Source: Candidatus Marinacidobacterium sp.
Lineage (GTDB): Bacteria > Acidobacteriota > Vicinamibacteria > Marinacidobacterales > Marinacidobacteraceae
DNA: 64,000 nt
Direction of reading: 5' to 3'
Assembly (NCBI GenBank): GCA_965204755.1
Contig: OZ242011.1
Coordinates: forward strand, 3,872,001-3,936,000
Shown here: piece after piece, positions 18,281-28,848 of the stretch
How the letters are laid out: each line of letters starts with the position of its first letter
Numbering within the stretch: the stretch's first letter is position 1
Made by a program: the position numbers and the translations under genes
Notes under the pieces: model-generated
Databases searched by the model: none
What the model was told of the DNA's origin: nothing
What the model saw: only the letters and a program-made list of their open reading frames with translations

Positions 18281-19444
18281 TCACGAGATGCGCCCCACCA
18301 GAGTCCAGATCGGCATGTACATCGCGATCACGATGGCGCCGATCGCGCCGCCGACGGTCAGGATGAGGAGCGGCTCGAGAAGCGGCAGCAGGGTCTTGGT
18401 GGTCCTCTGCACCTCGTCCTCGTAGAACCGGGCGACCTTCTCCAGCGAGGTGTCGAGTTCGCCCGTCCGCTCGCCCACTCCCACCATCTGGACGACCATC
18501 GAGGGGAAGAAGCCGCTCTGCTGGAGCGGGAGCGAGAGCGACGCGCCGGCCTCCACCCGCGAGCGGACGGTGGCCACCGCGCGGGCCAGGTGGCGGTTCC
18601 CCACCGCGCCGCGGGCGACCTCCAGCGCCTCCAGCACCGGGACGCCCGCGCCGGTCAGCGCGGCCAGCGTGCGGCAGAAACGGGCGACCCCCACCCGGAC
18701 CGCCAGCCGGCCGAAGAGCGGGACGGAGAGGACGAACCGGTCGAGCGCCGCGCCTCCGGTCTCGCTCCGCCGGATCCGGCGGAGGAGCCAGACGCCGGCG
18801 GCGAGGAGACCCGCCGCCGCGCCGGCCCAGAGCCCGACGGACTCGGAAGCGGAGATCACCACCCGGGTGGCCAGGGGCAGTTCCGCGTCCAGCCCCTCGT
18901 AGAGTTCGGTGAAGACCGGGACCACCCGCCACAGGATCACGGTCACCACCAGCGCCCCGACGGCGCCGACCACCGCCGGGTAGGCGAAGGCGCTCCGGAT
19001 CGTCTCGGCCACCTCCGCCGACTTCTCCAACTCGTCGGCGAGTTGCTCGAGACTCTGGTCGAGACGGCCTCCGGTCTCGCCGCTCGAGGTCATCGCCACC
19101 GCGAGCGGGCTGAAGATGTCCGGTTGACGGCTCATCGCCTGGGCGAGCGAACTGCCGGACTCCACCTCCTGGGCGAGCCGCGCCACCGCGGCGCGGAGAC
19201 GCGGGTCGTCCTGCTGGGCATGGAGCACGGAGAGGCTCTCGGCGAGCGGCAGCCCGGCCCCGACCATCACCGCGAATTGCCGGGTGAGCACCGCCGTGCG
19301 CCGCCGGCTCACCGGGAGCAGGTTCGCCGCGGCGGCCCGGAGCCGGGAGGCCCGCCCCGGAGCGCTCCCGCCGCCGCCCTCCACCCCGCCGCCGGGGCCG
19401 CCGGCCGCCCGGGGCCGCTCCCGGCCCGGCCCCCGCCGAATCAC
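18281..19444 (-). CDS. pilC: Type IV pilus platform protein (GspF family)
   Basis: TRQFAVMVGAGLPL, SGETGG, SAFAYP, VGERTGEL, LLEPLLI, AMYMP; GTGA overlap with pilT stop. Confidence 0.92.
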   Translation of the reverse strand: MIRRGPGRERPRAAGGPGGGVEGGGGSAPGRASRLRAAAANLLPVSRRRTAVLTRQFAVMVGAGLPLAESLSVLHAQQDDPRLRAAVARLAQEVESGSSLAQAMSRQPDIFSPLAVAMTSSGETGGRLDQSLEQLADELEKSAEVAETIRSAFAYPAVVGAVGALVVTVILWRVVPVFTELYEGLDAELPLATRVVISASESVGLWAGAAAGLLAAGVWLLRRIRRSETGGAALDRFVLSVPLFGRLAVRVGVARFCRTLAALTGAGVPVLEALEVARGAVGNRHLARAVATVRSRVEAGASLSLPLQQSGFFPSMVVQMVGVGERTGELDTSLEKVARFYEDEVQRTTKTLLPLLEPLLILTVGGAIGAIVIAMYMPIWTLVGRIS

Positions 19445-20634
19445 AGGGTGCCCCGCCCGTTGGAGACGGACTGCAGGTTGTGGTCGAGTTGCTCCGGATC
19501 GTTCGAGACGGCGAGCGCCGCCTCCCGGGTGATCAGGGCGCGGCGGCAGAGCCCGGCCAGCGACTCGTTCAGCGAGATGCACGAGCCCTGCCGGGCGGCG
19601 GCGTCCATCACCGCGAACAACTGGTGCAACTTGTCCTCGCGGATGAGGTTCCGGGCCGCCGGGGTCGGCGCGAGTTTCTCGACGGCGAGCACCCTCCCCT
19701 TCCCGCCGGCCAGCGGTACGAGCCGCTGGCAGTAGATCGCCTCGAGCGAGGCGGCGAGCCGGACGCGGGTCTGCCGGTGCTGCTCGGCCGGGAACATCTC
19801 GACGATCCGCGTGAGCGCGTGGGTCACGGAGCGCGCGTGGATGGTGGCGAGGGCCAGGTGTCCCGTCTCGGTTACCCGCAGCGCGGCGTCCGTGGTCTCC
19901 CGGTCGCGGATCTCGCCGATGACCACCACATCCGGGTCGGAGCGCAGCACCGAGCGGAGCGCCGTGTGGAACGAGGCCGTGTCGCTCCCCACCTGGCGCT
20001 GGGTGATCAGCGCCTGACGCGCCTCGTGGACGACTTCGATGGGGTCCTCGATGGTGACCACATGCACCGGACGCGTCTTGTTGATCCGATCCACGATCGC
20101 GGCGAGCGTCGTGGACTTGCCGGACCCCACCGGGCCGGAAGTGAGCACCAGCCCGGAGGCGAGCCGGGAAAGCCCCTCCGCGCCGAACGGAAGTCCCAGC
20201 GCGTCGAGCGAACTGGCCTTGTCGCCGATCAACCGGTACACGGCCCCCAGCGCGCCCCGCCGGAGGAACGCGCTCACCCGGAACCGGCCGACATCCTCCA
20301 GGGTGAAGCCGAAATCCGGCTCCCCTCCGGCGCGGGCGTCGGTGAGGCAGTGCGCCGGCGTCTGCGCGGCGACCATGGCTTCCACCGCCGCCGCGGAGAG
20401 CGGCTCGTGGCCGATCGAGGTCAGTCGGCCGTCGATCCGGAACCGGGGCGGCTCGCCGGGGGTGAGGTGGAGGTCGCTGCCCCCGCGCCGAACGAGTTCT
20501 TGCAGGATCTCGCCGAGAGCGGCGGACGGGTCGTCGGGAAAGGAGCCGGCGGCGGCCGGGGGGCCGTCTCCCGGCGGCGGGGGACTCCCGTCCTCCAGGG
20601 CGGCGAGGGCATCGGGCGTGGTCACGGGCGGCAT
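19441..20634 (-). CDS. pilT: Pilus retraction ATPase
   Basis: GSDLHL, GPVGSGKSTT, TIEDPIE, DPDVVVIGEIRD, TGHL..ATIH, ARNLIRE; start ATG 20634. Confidence 0.9.
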   Translation of the reverse strand: MPPVTTPDALAALEDGSPPPPGDGPPAAAGSFPDDPSAALGEILQELVRRGGSDLHLTPGEPPRFRIDGRLTSIGHEPLSAAAVEAMVAAQTPAHCLTDARAGGEPDFGFTLEDVGRFRVSAFLRRGALGAVYRLIGDKASSLDALGLPFGAEGLSRLASGLVLTSGPVGSGKSTTLAAIVDRINKTRPVHVVTIEDPIEVVHEARQALITQRQVGSDTASFHTALRSVLRSDPDVVVIGEIRDRETTDAALRVTETGHLALATIHARSVTHALTRIVEMFPAEQHRQTRVRLAASLEAIYCQRLVPLAGGKGRVLAVEKLAPTPAARNLIREDKLHQLFAVMDAAARQGSCISLNESLAGLCRRALITREAALAVSNDPEQLDHNLQSVSNGRGTL

Positions 20635-20642
20635 CGCGGGTA

Positions 20643-22596
<1,954 letters not shown>

Positions 22597-22622
22597 GCCG
22601 GCCGGGCCCGCCTCTCGACCCG

Positions 22623-23159
22623 GTGGGCGGCGGCCCGGCGGACCCGGTCTCCCGGATCGAGGGGCTCCTCCTCGATGTGGACGGGGTGCTCACCGACGGC
22701 GGCTTCGAGCCCGGGAACGAGGCCGCCGGGATCCCGGAGCGGAAGAGGTTCCACTCCCGGGACGGTCTCGGCTTGGTCATGGCCAAGCGAAGCGGCCTCC
22801 GGGTCGGGTTCATCACCGGCCGGGCCTCCGGCGTCGTCCGCGACCGGGCGGCCGAACTCGACCTGGACTTCCTGCGCGAAGGCTGCTTCCGGAAAGGGCC
22901 GGCGTTCGAGGACGCGTGCCGCGAATGGGGCCTCGCGCCCGAACGGGTCGCGTTCGTCGGGGACGATGTCCAGGACCTGCCGGCGATGCGCCGCGCCGGG
23001 TTCTCCGCCGCCCCGGCGGACGCCCATCCGCTGGTGAGGAAGGAGGCGGACCTCGTGTCCGCGTCTCCCGGCGGCCGGGGCGCAGTCCGGGAAGTCGTGG
23101 AGCGGATCCTCGCCGCCCGAGGCGCGCTGGACACGGCGATCGCCTCTTTCGGCGCCTGA
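22623..23159 (+). CDS. kdsC: KDO 8-phosphate phosphatase (HAD family)
   Basis: DVDGVLTDG, ITGR, GDDVQD, GGRGAVRE; start uncertain. Confidence 0.88.
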   Translation: MGGGPADPVSRIEGLLLDVDGVLTDGGFEPGNEAAGIPERKRFHSRDGLGLVMAKRSGLRVGFITGRASGVVRDRAAELDLDFLREGCFRKGPAFEDACREWGLAPERVAFVGDDVQDLPAMRRAGFSAAPADAHPLVRKEADLVSASPGGRGAVREVVERILAARGALDTAIASFGA

Positions 23160-23194
23160 CTCCCGCCGACGCGGCGCCACGCTGATCTCTTCGA

Positions 23195-23335
23195 CAAGGG
23201 CCGCCGCCAATTCGGCATCGCCAGCCGGCGTGAGGGATGCTTGGCAAGCCCAACACGAGGGACTCGGTGGCGCCCACCGAGCGGCGGGGTTCGGAGCCCG
23301 CCGGGCGGCCCCGCGGGACTACCGGGCGCAGTCCC
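23195..23335 (-). ncRNA. Candidate structured RNA, copy A (~141 nt)
   Basis: Diverged copy of 23754-23895; differences fall mainly in loops/linkers and stems are kept; lies behind a paralogous gene remnant. Confidence 0.55.
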
Positions 23336-23398
23336 TCCGGCGGGGAGATCGCGCCGACGAGCCCCCTCACCCGGGCCTCCTCGATGAGCCGTTGACGC

Positions 23399-23515
23399 GA
23401 ACTCGAACGAGTCGAGGAACACGCGCTGGCCGTCGAGACCGGTCCCGGCGCGCTCGGCCGCGCGCAGCCCCACCTCGTTCAGGCGCGGGGTGCGCCCCCC
23501 ACTGCCGGCCCTGCG
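23399..23515 (-). pseudogene. 3' remnant of a paralog of the PBECR2-like gene, bounded by MITE copy 2
   Basis: ERAGTGLDGQRVFLDSFEF aligns without gaps to EQADTGVGNQKVFYDSFGF (11/19 identical), the C-terminus of 23899-24540. Confidence 0.6.
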
Positions 23516-23519
23516 CTAA

Positions 23520-23740
23520 CAGCCCGAGGAGAGAGTCCGGAGAGCCCCCGTCGGCGCGAAGCGCCGACCGGGGAGGGTGGCGGGGAGGGGGTGGACCCCT
23601 CCCCGCGATAGATGGCGGGGGGAATCGCGCAGCGATTCGCGCCGCCGGCCCGTGGGAAGAGCGCCCCGCCGCGAAACGGAATGCGGACTTGGCGCCCTCG
23701 CGTCGAGGAGTGGACGGCGGGGCGCTTTTTCCACGGGCTG
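23520..23740. mobile_element. 221-bp MITE, copy 2 (inverted relative to copy 1)
   Basis: Ends cagcccgaggagagag...ctttttccacgggctg, flanked by CTAA on both sides. Confidence 0.85.
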
Positions 23741-23753
23741 CTAAGTTACGGCT

Positions 23754-23895
23754 CAAGGGCCGCTTCCAATTCTGTCATCGCCCCAAGGCGTGAGGGATGC
23801 CTGGCAAGCCCAACACGAGGGACTCGGCGCCGAGCCGAGGGCGGAGTTCGGAGCCCGCCGAACGGCGGCCCCAAGGGACTACCAGGCGCAGTCCC
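23754..23895 (-). ncRNA. Candidate structured RNA, copy B (~142 nt)
   Basis: Starts 3 nt after the TGA of 23899-24540; hairpin GGGACUGC/GUAGUCCC, then a multibranch domain closed by GGGGCCGC/GCGGCCCU; G-U pairs form only on the minus strand. Confidence 0.6.
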
Positions 23896-23898
23896 GCC

Positions 23899-24540
23899 TC
23901 ACTCGAACCCGAACGAGTCGTAGAACACCTTCTGGTTGCCGACGCCGGTGTCGGCCTGCTCGATCATGGCTCTGAGTTGTGGTCTTCCGCGACCGAGTCG
24001 GTGGAAGGAGATCAGCGCTGCCCTCGCGGCGTCGTCCGGGTATCGGCCTACCACGACGTTGTAGTAGATCCCGGCCTCTTCCGAAACCAAGTTCAGCCGA
24101 AGACCCAGCCGCTCCGCCGTGAGGGGCGGCCATGCCGGCCGGAGGCGCATGACGAGACGGGGTCGCTCGATGAAGTCGGGGAGGAGCCGATACTCGCGGA
24201 AGGTGAGTCGGCGGCCTTGGTAGCGGGGCGATCCATCCGGTCTCGTCTTCTCCCACTCCCCCTTCTGCTTGTGCACGATGTGTTCGGGGAGGTGCACCAA
24301 GTGGGTTTCGGCCCCCAGCCGCGCTTGGTTCTCGCGGTCCAGGATGCCGATCGGCAGGTCTCCGCGCGGGGCCTCGAGGAAGCGGTCGAGGATCGCGCTC
24401 GCGATGACGGCGCGGACGACCTTGCGGGCGTAGTCGCGGTCGGCCCCGCGGAGTTCCCGGTTCAGGTCCTCCAACGAGAACCCGCCCCGGTTCCCTGCCG
24501 CGTTCGAAACCCCGGACGGCGCGCCCCCTTCCGCCGCCAT
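23899..24540 (-). CDS. Stand-alone PBECR2-like (MuF C-terminal toxin-type, BECR fold) nuclease domain protein
   Basis: Pattern FLxxPxGxLPIGIL...LGA.T.LV.L...KQ...LT..EY.LLP..IE.P...Y.VVV...ISFHRL resembles C-terminal domains of extended MuF proteins; visibly more AT-rich than neighbours; recognised by eye. Confidence 0.55.
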   Translation of the reverse strand: MAAEGGAPSGVSNAAGNRGGFSLEDLNRELRGADRDYARKVVRAVIASAILDRFLEAPRGDLPIGILDRENQARLGAETHLVHLPEHIVHKQKGEWEKTRPDGSPRYQGRRLTFREYRLLPDFIERPRLVMRLRPAWPPLTAERLGLRLNLVSEEAGIYYNVVVGRYPDDAARAALISFHRLGRGRPQLRAMIEQADTGVGNQKVFYDSFGFE

Positions 24541-24580
24541 CGGAACTTCGCCGGTTCCGACGGCGGGCCCGGCCCCCGGG

Positions 24581-25252
24581 TCAGTCCGGTCGGTCGGTGG
24601 GCGGCGGCCCCGAACGGCGGCTCGAGGCCGCTGACGGAGAGGATTCCGTCGCGGCCGCCTCTTCGAGGAGGGTGCGGGCGAGCGCGAAAGCGGCCTCCTG
24701 CGTTTCCGCGAGCGTTCCCGAAGCGTCCACCAGCCGATCCGCGCGGCGGGCCTTCTCCAAGGGGGACATCTGCGCCGCGATCCGCACCGCCGCTTCCTCG
24801 GCGGTCATCCCCGAACGCGCGCGGAGCCGCTCCCGCTGCTGCTCGGGACGGCAGACGACCGCCACCACCGAGTCGTAGAGGGCGGCGCTGCCGGTCTCGA
24901 TCATGAGCGCCGCCTCGACCCCCGCGGCGGTCCGCCCTTCGCTCTCGGCCCGGTCGAGGAATTCGCCGATCTCCTTCCGGATGCGGGGATGGACGATGCC
25001 GTTCAACCGGTTCCGCTCGTCCTCGTCGGCGAAGACGCGGCCGCCGAGCCGCCGCCGGTCTATCCCCCCGTCGCCGCCGCGCATCTCTTCCCCGAAGGCG
25101 GCGAGGACCTCCCCGACCAGCGCTCCTTCGGGGCCGAGCAGGGCGTGGGCGAGCGCGTCGGCGTCCAGCATCGGGATTCCGGCCCTCTCGAAGACCCCCC
25201 GGACCACGCTCTTGCCCGAGGCGATGCCGCCGGTGAGCCCGATCCGGAGCAT
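24581..25252 (-). CDS. coaE: Dephospho-CoA kinase
   Basis: IGLTGGIASGKS, LDAD, IDRRRLG, IVHP, RIAAQM. Confidence 0.95.
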   Translation of the reverse strand: MLRIGLTGGIASGKSVVRGVFERAGIPMLDADALAHALLGPEGALVGEVLAAFGEEMRGGDGGIDRRRLGGRVFADEDERNRLNGIVHPRIRKEIGEFLDRAESEGRTAAGVEAALMIETGSAALYDSVVAVVCRPEQQRERLRARSGMTAEEAAVRIAAQMSPLEKARRADRLVDASGTLAETQEAAFALARTLLEEAAATESSPSAASSRRSGPPPTDRPD

Positions 25253-25297
25253 CCCGGTGGCCGGCGGGAACGGTGCGGCCGCGGCGGTCCGCCGCCG

Positions 25298-26224
25298 TCA
25301 GCCGCCGCCCGCCCGGCGGGCTTCGGCGAGGGCCACCGTGTTGTCGAGCAGCATGGCGATCGTGAGCGGGCCGACGCCTCCCGGCACCGGGGTGTAGGCC
25401 GAGGCCCTCTCCCGCATGGCGAGCGGATGGACATCCCCGACCAGGGTGTAGCCGTTCTTGCGGAACCGGGCGAGCCGCTTCTCGTCGTCCCCGAAGCACC
25501 GGCGGACTTCCGCTTCGCTCTCCGCCCGGTTCATCCCGATGTCCACCACCACCGCGCCCGGCCGGATCGCCGCCGGGCCGAGCAGCGCCGGGCGCCCGAC
25601 CGCCGCGAAGAGGAGGTCCGCCTCCGCGCAGACGGCGTCGAGGTCCGCCGTGCGGGAATGGCAGATGGTCACGGTGGCGTGGGCGTGGAGGAGCAGCATC
25701 GCCAGCGGCTTGCCCACGATGTCGCTGCGTCCGACGACGACCGCCCGCCGGCCGCGCGCCTCGATCCCCTCCCGGCGGAACATCTCCATGACGCCGGCGG
25801 GGGTGCACGGGCGCGGCCCCGGCGCGCCCGCCGAAAGGCGCCCCACATTCACCGGGTGGAAGCCGTCCACATCCTTGTCCGGGCGGATCCGGGGCAGGAA
25901 CCGGCCGGCGTCGAGCCCCGGCGGCAGCGGAAGTTGCAGGAGGACCGCGTCCACCCGGTCGTCTTCGTTCAGCCGGTCGAGCAGGGCTTCGAGGTCGGCG
26001 GCGGCGGTGTCCGCCGGCAGTTCGCGCGCCTCGGAGCGAATCCCCGCCTCCCGGCAGGCGCGTACCTTGCCCCGCACATAGATCGCCGACGCCGGATCGT
26101 CGCCCACGAGCACCACGCTGAGACCGGGGGGGCGGCCCCCGGCGGCGAACGCCTCCGCCTTCCGGGCCGCCGCCGCCCGGATCTCCGCTCCGAGCCGTTT
26201 CCCGTCGAGGACGCGCGCCGCCAC
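25298..26224 (-). CDS. folD: Methylene-THF dehydrogenase/cyclohydrolase
   Basis: LDGK, VGDDPAS, LQLPLP, KDVDG, GRSDIVGKP, PGGVGPLT. Confidence 0.95.
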   Translation of the reverse strand: MAARVLDGKRLGAEIRAAAARKAEAFAAGGRPPGLSVVLVGDDPASAIYVRGKVRACREAGIRSEARELPADTAAADLEALLDRLNEDDRVDAVLLQLPLPPGLDAGRFLPRIRPDKDVDGFHPVNVGRLSAGAPGPRPCTPAGVMEMFRREGIEARGRRAVVVGRSDIVGKPLAMLLLHAHATVTICHSRTADLDAVCAEADLLFAAVGRPALLGPAAIRPGAVVVDIGMNRAESEAEVRRCFGDDEKRLARFRKNGYTLVGDVHPLAMRERASAYTPVPGGVGPLTIAMLLDNTVALAEARRAGGG

Positions 26225-26235
26225 GGTCCCGATCC

Positions 26236-26892
26236 TCAGCGAACCGGCGCCGCCCGGTCGGGCCCCGCGGCGCGGAGGAGGGCGGCCGCCGCTTCCTCCA
26301 CCTCCGCGGGCGAACTCCCGCCGAGGGCGGACACGGCGGCGACCGCGTCCGCTCCCGCGTCGAGCACGCCGCGGATCCGCTCCGGCCCGATCCCGCCGAT
26401 CGCCACCAGCGGGCGCGCGGTGGCCCGCCGCGCCCCGGCCACTCCGGCGAGCCCGACCGTCGGACGGGCGTCGGGTTTGCTCGCGGTCTCGAACACCGGG
26501 CCGATGGCGATGTAGTCGCAGGGTTCGGCGTCGGCGGCGCGCGCCTCGTCCTCCCCGTGGGTCGAGAGGCCGACGATCGCCCGGTCGCCGAGCGCGGCCC
26601 GCGCGGTCCGGCAGGGGAAGTCGTCCTGCCCGAGGTGGACCCCGTCGGCCTCCGCGAGCAGCGCGGTCTCCACCCGGTCGTTCACGATCACCGAGAGGCC
26701 GACGGCGCGCGCCGCCCGGACGCCGGCCCGCGCCCAGGCCAGGAACTCGCGCGGCCCCATTTCCTTCGCGCGCAACTGCGCGACCCGGACGCCGGCAGCG
26801 GCGAAGGCGCCGAGGATCGGCCCGGGGTCGCCTCCGCCGAACTCGCCGGCGTCGAGCACCGGGTAGAGCGGACTCCCGAAGTCCACGGTCAC
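26236..26892 (-). CDS. thiE: Thiamine-phosphate synthase
   Basis: QLRAK, VNDR, GVHLGQDD, GLSTH, GPVFETASK, AIGGI. Confidence 0.93.
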   Translation of the reverse strand: MTVDFGSPLYPVLDAGEFGGGDPGPILGAFAAAGVRVAQLRAKEMGPREFLAWARAGVRAARAVGLSVIVNDRVETALLAEADGVHLGQDDFPCRTARAALGDRAIVGLSTHGEDEARAADAEPCDYIAIGPVFETASKPDARPTVGLAGVAGARRATARPLVAIGGIGPERIRGVLDAGADAVAAVSALGGSSPAEVEEAAAALLRAAGPDRAAPVR

Positions 26893-28241
26893 GACGGGGA
26901 GTCGGCGGGTCGAAGTCGCTCCAGGATCCTCGTGTCGAAGCCGCCGGCCAGGAACTCTTCACTGCGAAGGATGCGGCGGTGGAGCGGGAGGAGGGTCTCG
27001 ATGCCCTCCACTTCCATCTCGCGCAGGGCGCGCCGCATCCGGGCGGCCGCGTGGGCCCGGTCGTCGCCGTGGGTGATGAGTTTGGCGATCAGCGAGTCGT
27101 AGTGGGGCGGGATGACCGCGCCGGCGTGGGCCGCTGTGTCCACCCGAACGCCGGGCCCGCCCGGACTCACGAAGGAGGTGATCCGGCCCGGGCGCGGCGC
27201 GAAGGTCTCCGGGTTCTCCGCGTTGATCCGGCATTCGATCGCCGCCCCCCGGATCTCCACCTCTTCTTGGCGGAACGAGAGAGGCTCGCCGGCGGCTACC
27301 CGGATCTGCTCGCGGACCAGGTCGAGGCCGGTGACCATCTCGGTCACCGGATGTTCCACCTGGATGCGCACATTCATCTCGCTGAAGTAGAAGTTCTGCT
27401 CGGCGTCCACCAGGAATTCCACGGTTCCGGCGTTGCGGTAACCGACGGCGCGGGCCGCCCGGACGGCGACTTCCCCCATTTCCCGCCGGACGGCCGGGTC
27501 GAGCCCGGGGGCCGGGGACTCCTCGATGAGTTTCTGGTGGCGGCGCTGCACCGAGCAGTCGCGCTCGCCCAGGTGCGCCGCGCCGCCGGCCGAATCGGCG
27601 AACACCTGCACCTCGATGTGGCGGACGCTCTCCAGGTACCGCTCCAGGTACACCTCGGGATCGCCGAAGGCCGCCTTGGCCTCGCTCTCGGCTTCGGCGA
27701 GCGCCGCCGCCATGCCGGAGCGGTCCGCCACGATGCGCATTCCCCGCCCGCCGCCGCCGAAAGAAGCCTTGAGCAGCACCGGGTAGCCGATCTCGTCGGC
27801 GGCGGCGAGCGCCTCGTCGGCGCCGGTCACCGGCTCCACCGTTCCCGGCAGGATGGGGACCCCCGCCTCCGACATCGTCTTCCTGGCCAGCGCCTTGTCG
27901 CCCATCGCGCGGATCGCCGCCGGCGGAGGGCCGATGAAGGTCACCCGACAGGCCTCGCACACCTCCGCGAGCGCGGAACTCTCCGCGAGAAAACCGTAGC
28001 CCGGGTGGACGGCGTCCGCCCCGGCGATCTCCGCGGCCGCCAGGATTCGCGGGACATCGAGATAACTGGCGTTCGGAGGGGCCGGGCCGATGCAGATCAA
28101 CTCGTCGGCGAGGCGCGCCGGGAGCGCGTCCCGGTCGGCGTCCGAGCAGGCGATCACCGTCGGAAGCCCCAGGTCGCGGCAGGCGGCGATGATCCGAACG
28201 GCGATCTCGCCGCGGTTCGCCACCAAGACTTTTCGGAACAC
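26889..28241 (-). CDS. accC: Biotin carboxylase
   Basis: ANRGEIA, HPGYGFLAE, GGGGRGM, RDCSVQRRHQK, EMNVRIQVEHPVTE. Confidence 0.96.
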   Translation of the reverse strand: MFRKVLVANRGEIAVRIIAACRDLGLPTVIACSDADRDALPARLADELICIGPAPPNASYLDVPRILAAAEIAGADAVHPGYGFLAESSALAEVCEACRVTFIGPPPAAIRAMGDKALARKTMSEAGVPILPGTVEPVTGADEALAAADEIGYPVLLKASFGGGGRGMRIVADRSGMAAALAEAESEAKAAFGDPEVYLERYLESVRHIEVQVFADSAGGAAHLGERDCSVQRRHQKLIEESPAPGLDPAVRREMGEVAVRAARAVGYRNAGTVEFLVDAEQNFYFSEMNVRIQVEHPVTEMVTGLDLVREQIRVAAGEPLSFRQEEVEIRGAAIECRINAENPETFAPRPGRITSFVSPGGPGVRVDTAAHAGAVIPPHYDSLIAKLITHGDDRAHAAARMRRALREMEVEGIETLLPLHRRILRSEEFLAGGFDTRILERLRPADSPS

Positions 28242-28323
28242 GGGTTTTTGGCTGCTTCGCCCTAGGCCGGACCGGGGATGGCGACGGCGGCGCCCCGCCG
28301 GCCGCCTCGCCCGGGAAGCGTGG

Positions 28324-28812
28324 TCAGTCCGTTCGCAGGACGAAGAGCGGGTCGCCGAACTGCACCGGCGCGCCGTCCTCGGGAAGGATCTCTTCGACGA
28401 CGCCGGCGGTCTCCGCTTCGATGTTGTTCATCAACTTCATCGCCTCGATGATGCAGACGACCTGGCCCGGCTGCACCCGGTCCCCCGGGTTGACGAACGG
28501 TTCGGCGTCGGGGCGCGGGCGCCGGTAGAAGGTGCCGACCATGGGTGAGGGCACCGTCGTCCGATTCGGGTCTTCCGCCGCCGGAGCGGCCCCGTCGGGC
28601 GCCGGCTCGCCCGGCCGCGTCTCCGGCGCCGCCGGAACGGGCGCCGCGACCGCGGCGGCCGGAGCGGGGGCCGAGTTCGACGGGCCGCGCGACACCCGCA
28701 GGCGGGTGGCGCCGATCCGGATCTCGACCTCGTGGTAGTCCGTCGCCGAGACCCGGTCCAGCGCGTTCAGGAGCGCGGTGAGGGACGGTTCCTTGGGTGG
28801 AGGCGCGGACAC
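28324..28812 (-). CDS. accB: Biotin carboxyl carrier protein
   Basis: SPMVGTFY, EAMKLMN biotinylation motif. Confidence 0.95.
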   Translation of the reverse strand: MSAPPPKEPSLTALLNALDRVSATDYHEVEIRIGATRLRVSRGPSNSAPAPAAAVAAPVPAAPETRPGEPAPDGAAPAAEDPNRTTVPSPMVGTFYRRPRPDAEPFVNPGDRVQPGQVVCIIEAMKLMNNIEAETAGVVEEILPEDGAPVQFGDPLFVLRTD

Positions 28813-28848
28813 GGGAGGCCGCGGCCCCGGCCGCGGACAGGAGGGAAA

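Noticed and set aside
23799-23888. Pseudoknot GCCUGGUA/UGCCAGGC in RNA copy B
   Set aside because: Copy A has two C-A mismatches in the same pairing, so it is not supported
23195-23895. Repeats read as a CRISPR array or a tRNA
   Set aside because: Only two ~141-nt copies, no repeat-spacer periodicity, no cas genes and no cloverleaf with acceptor end
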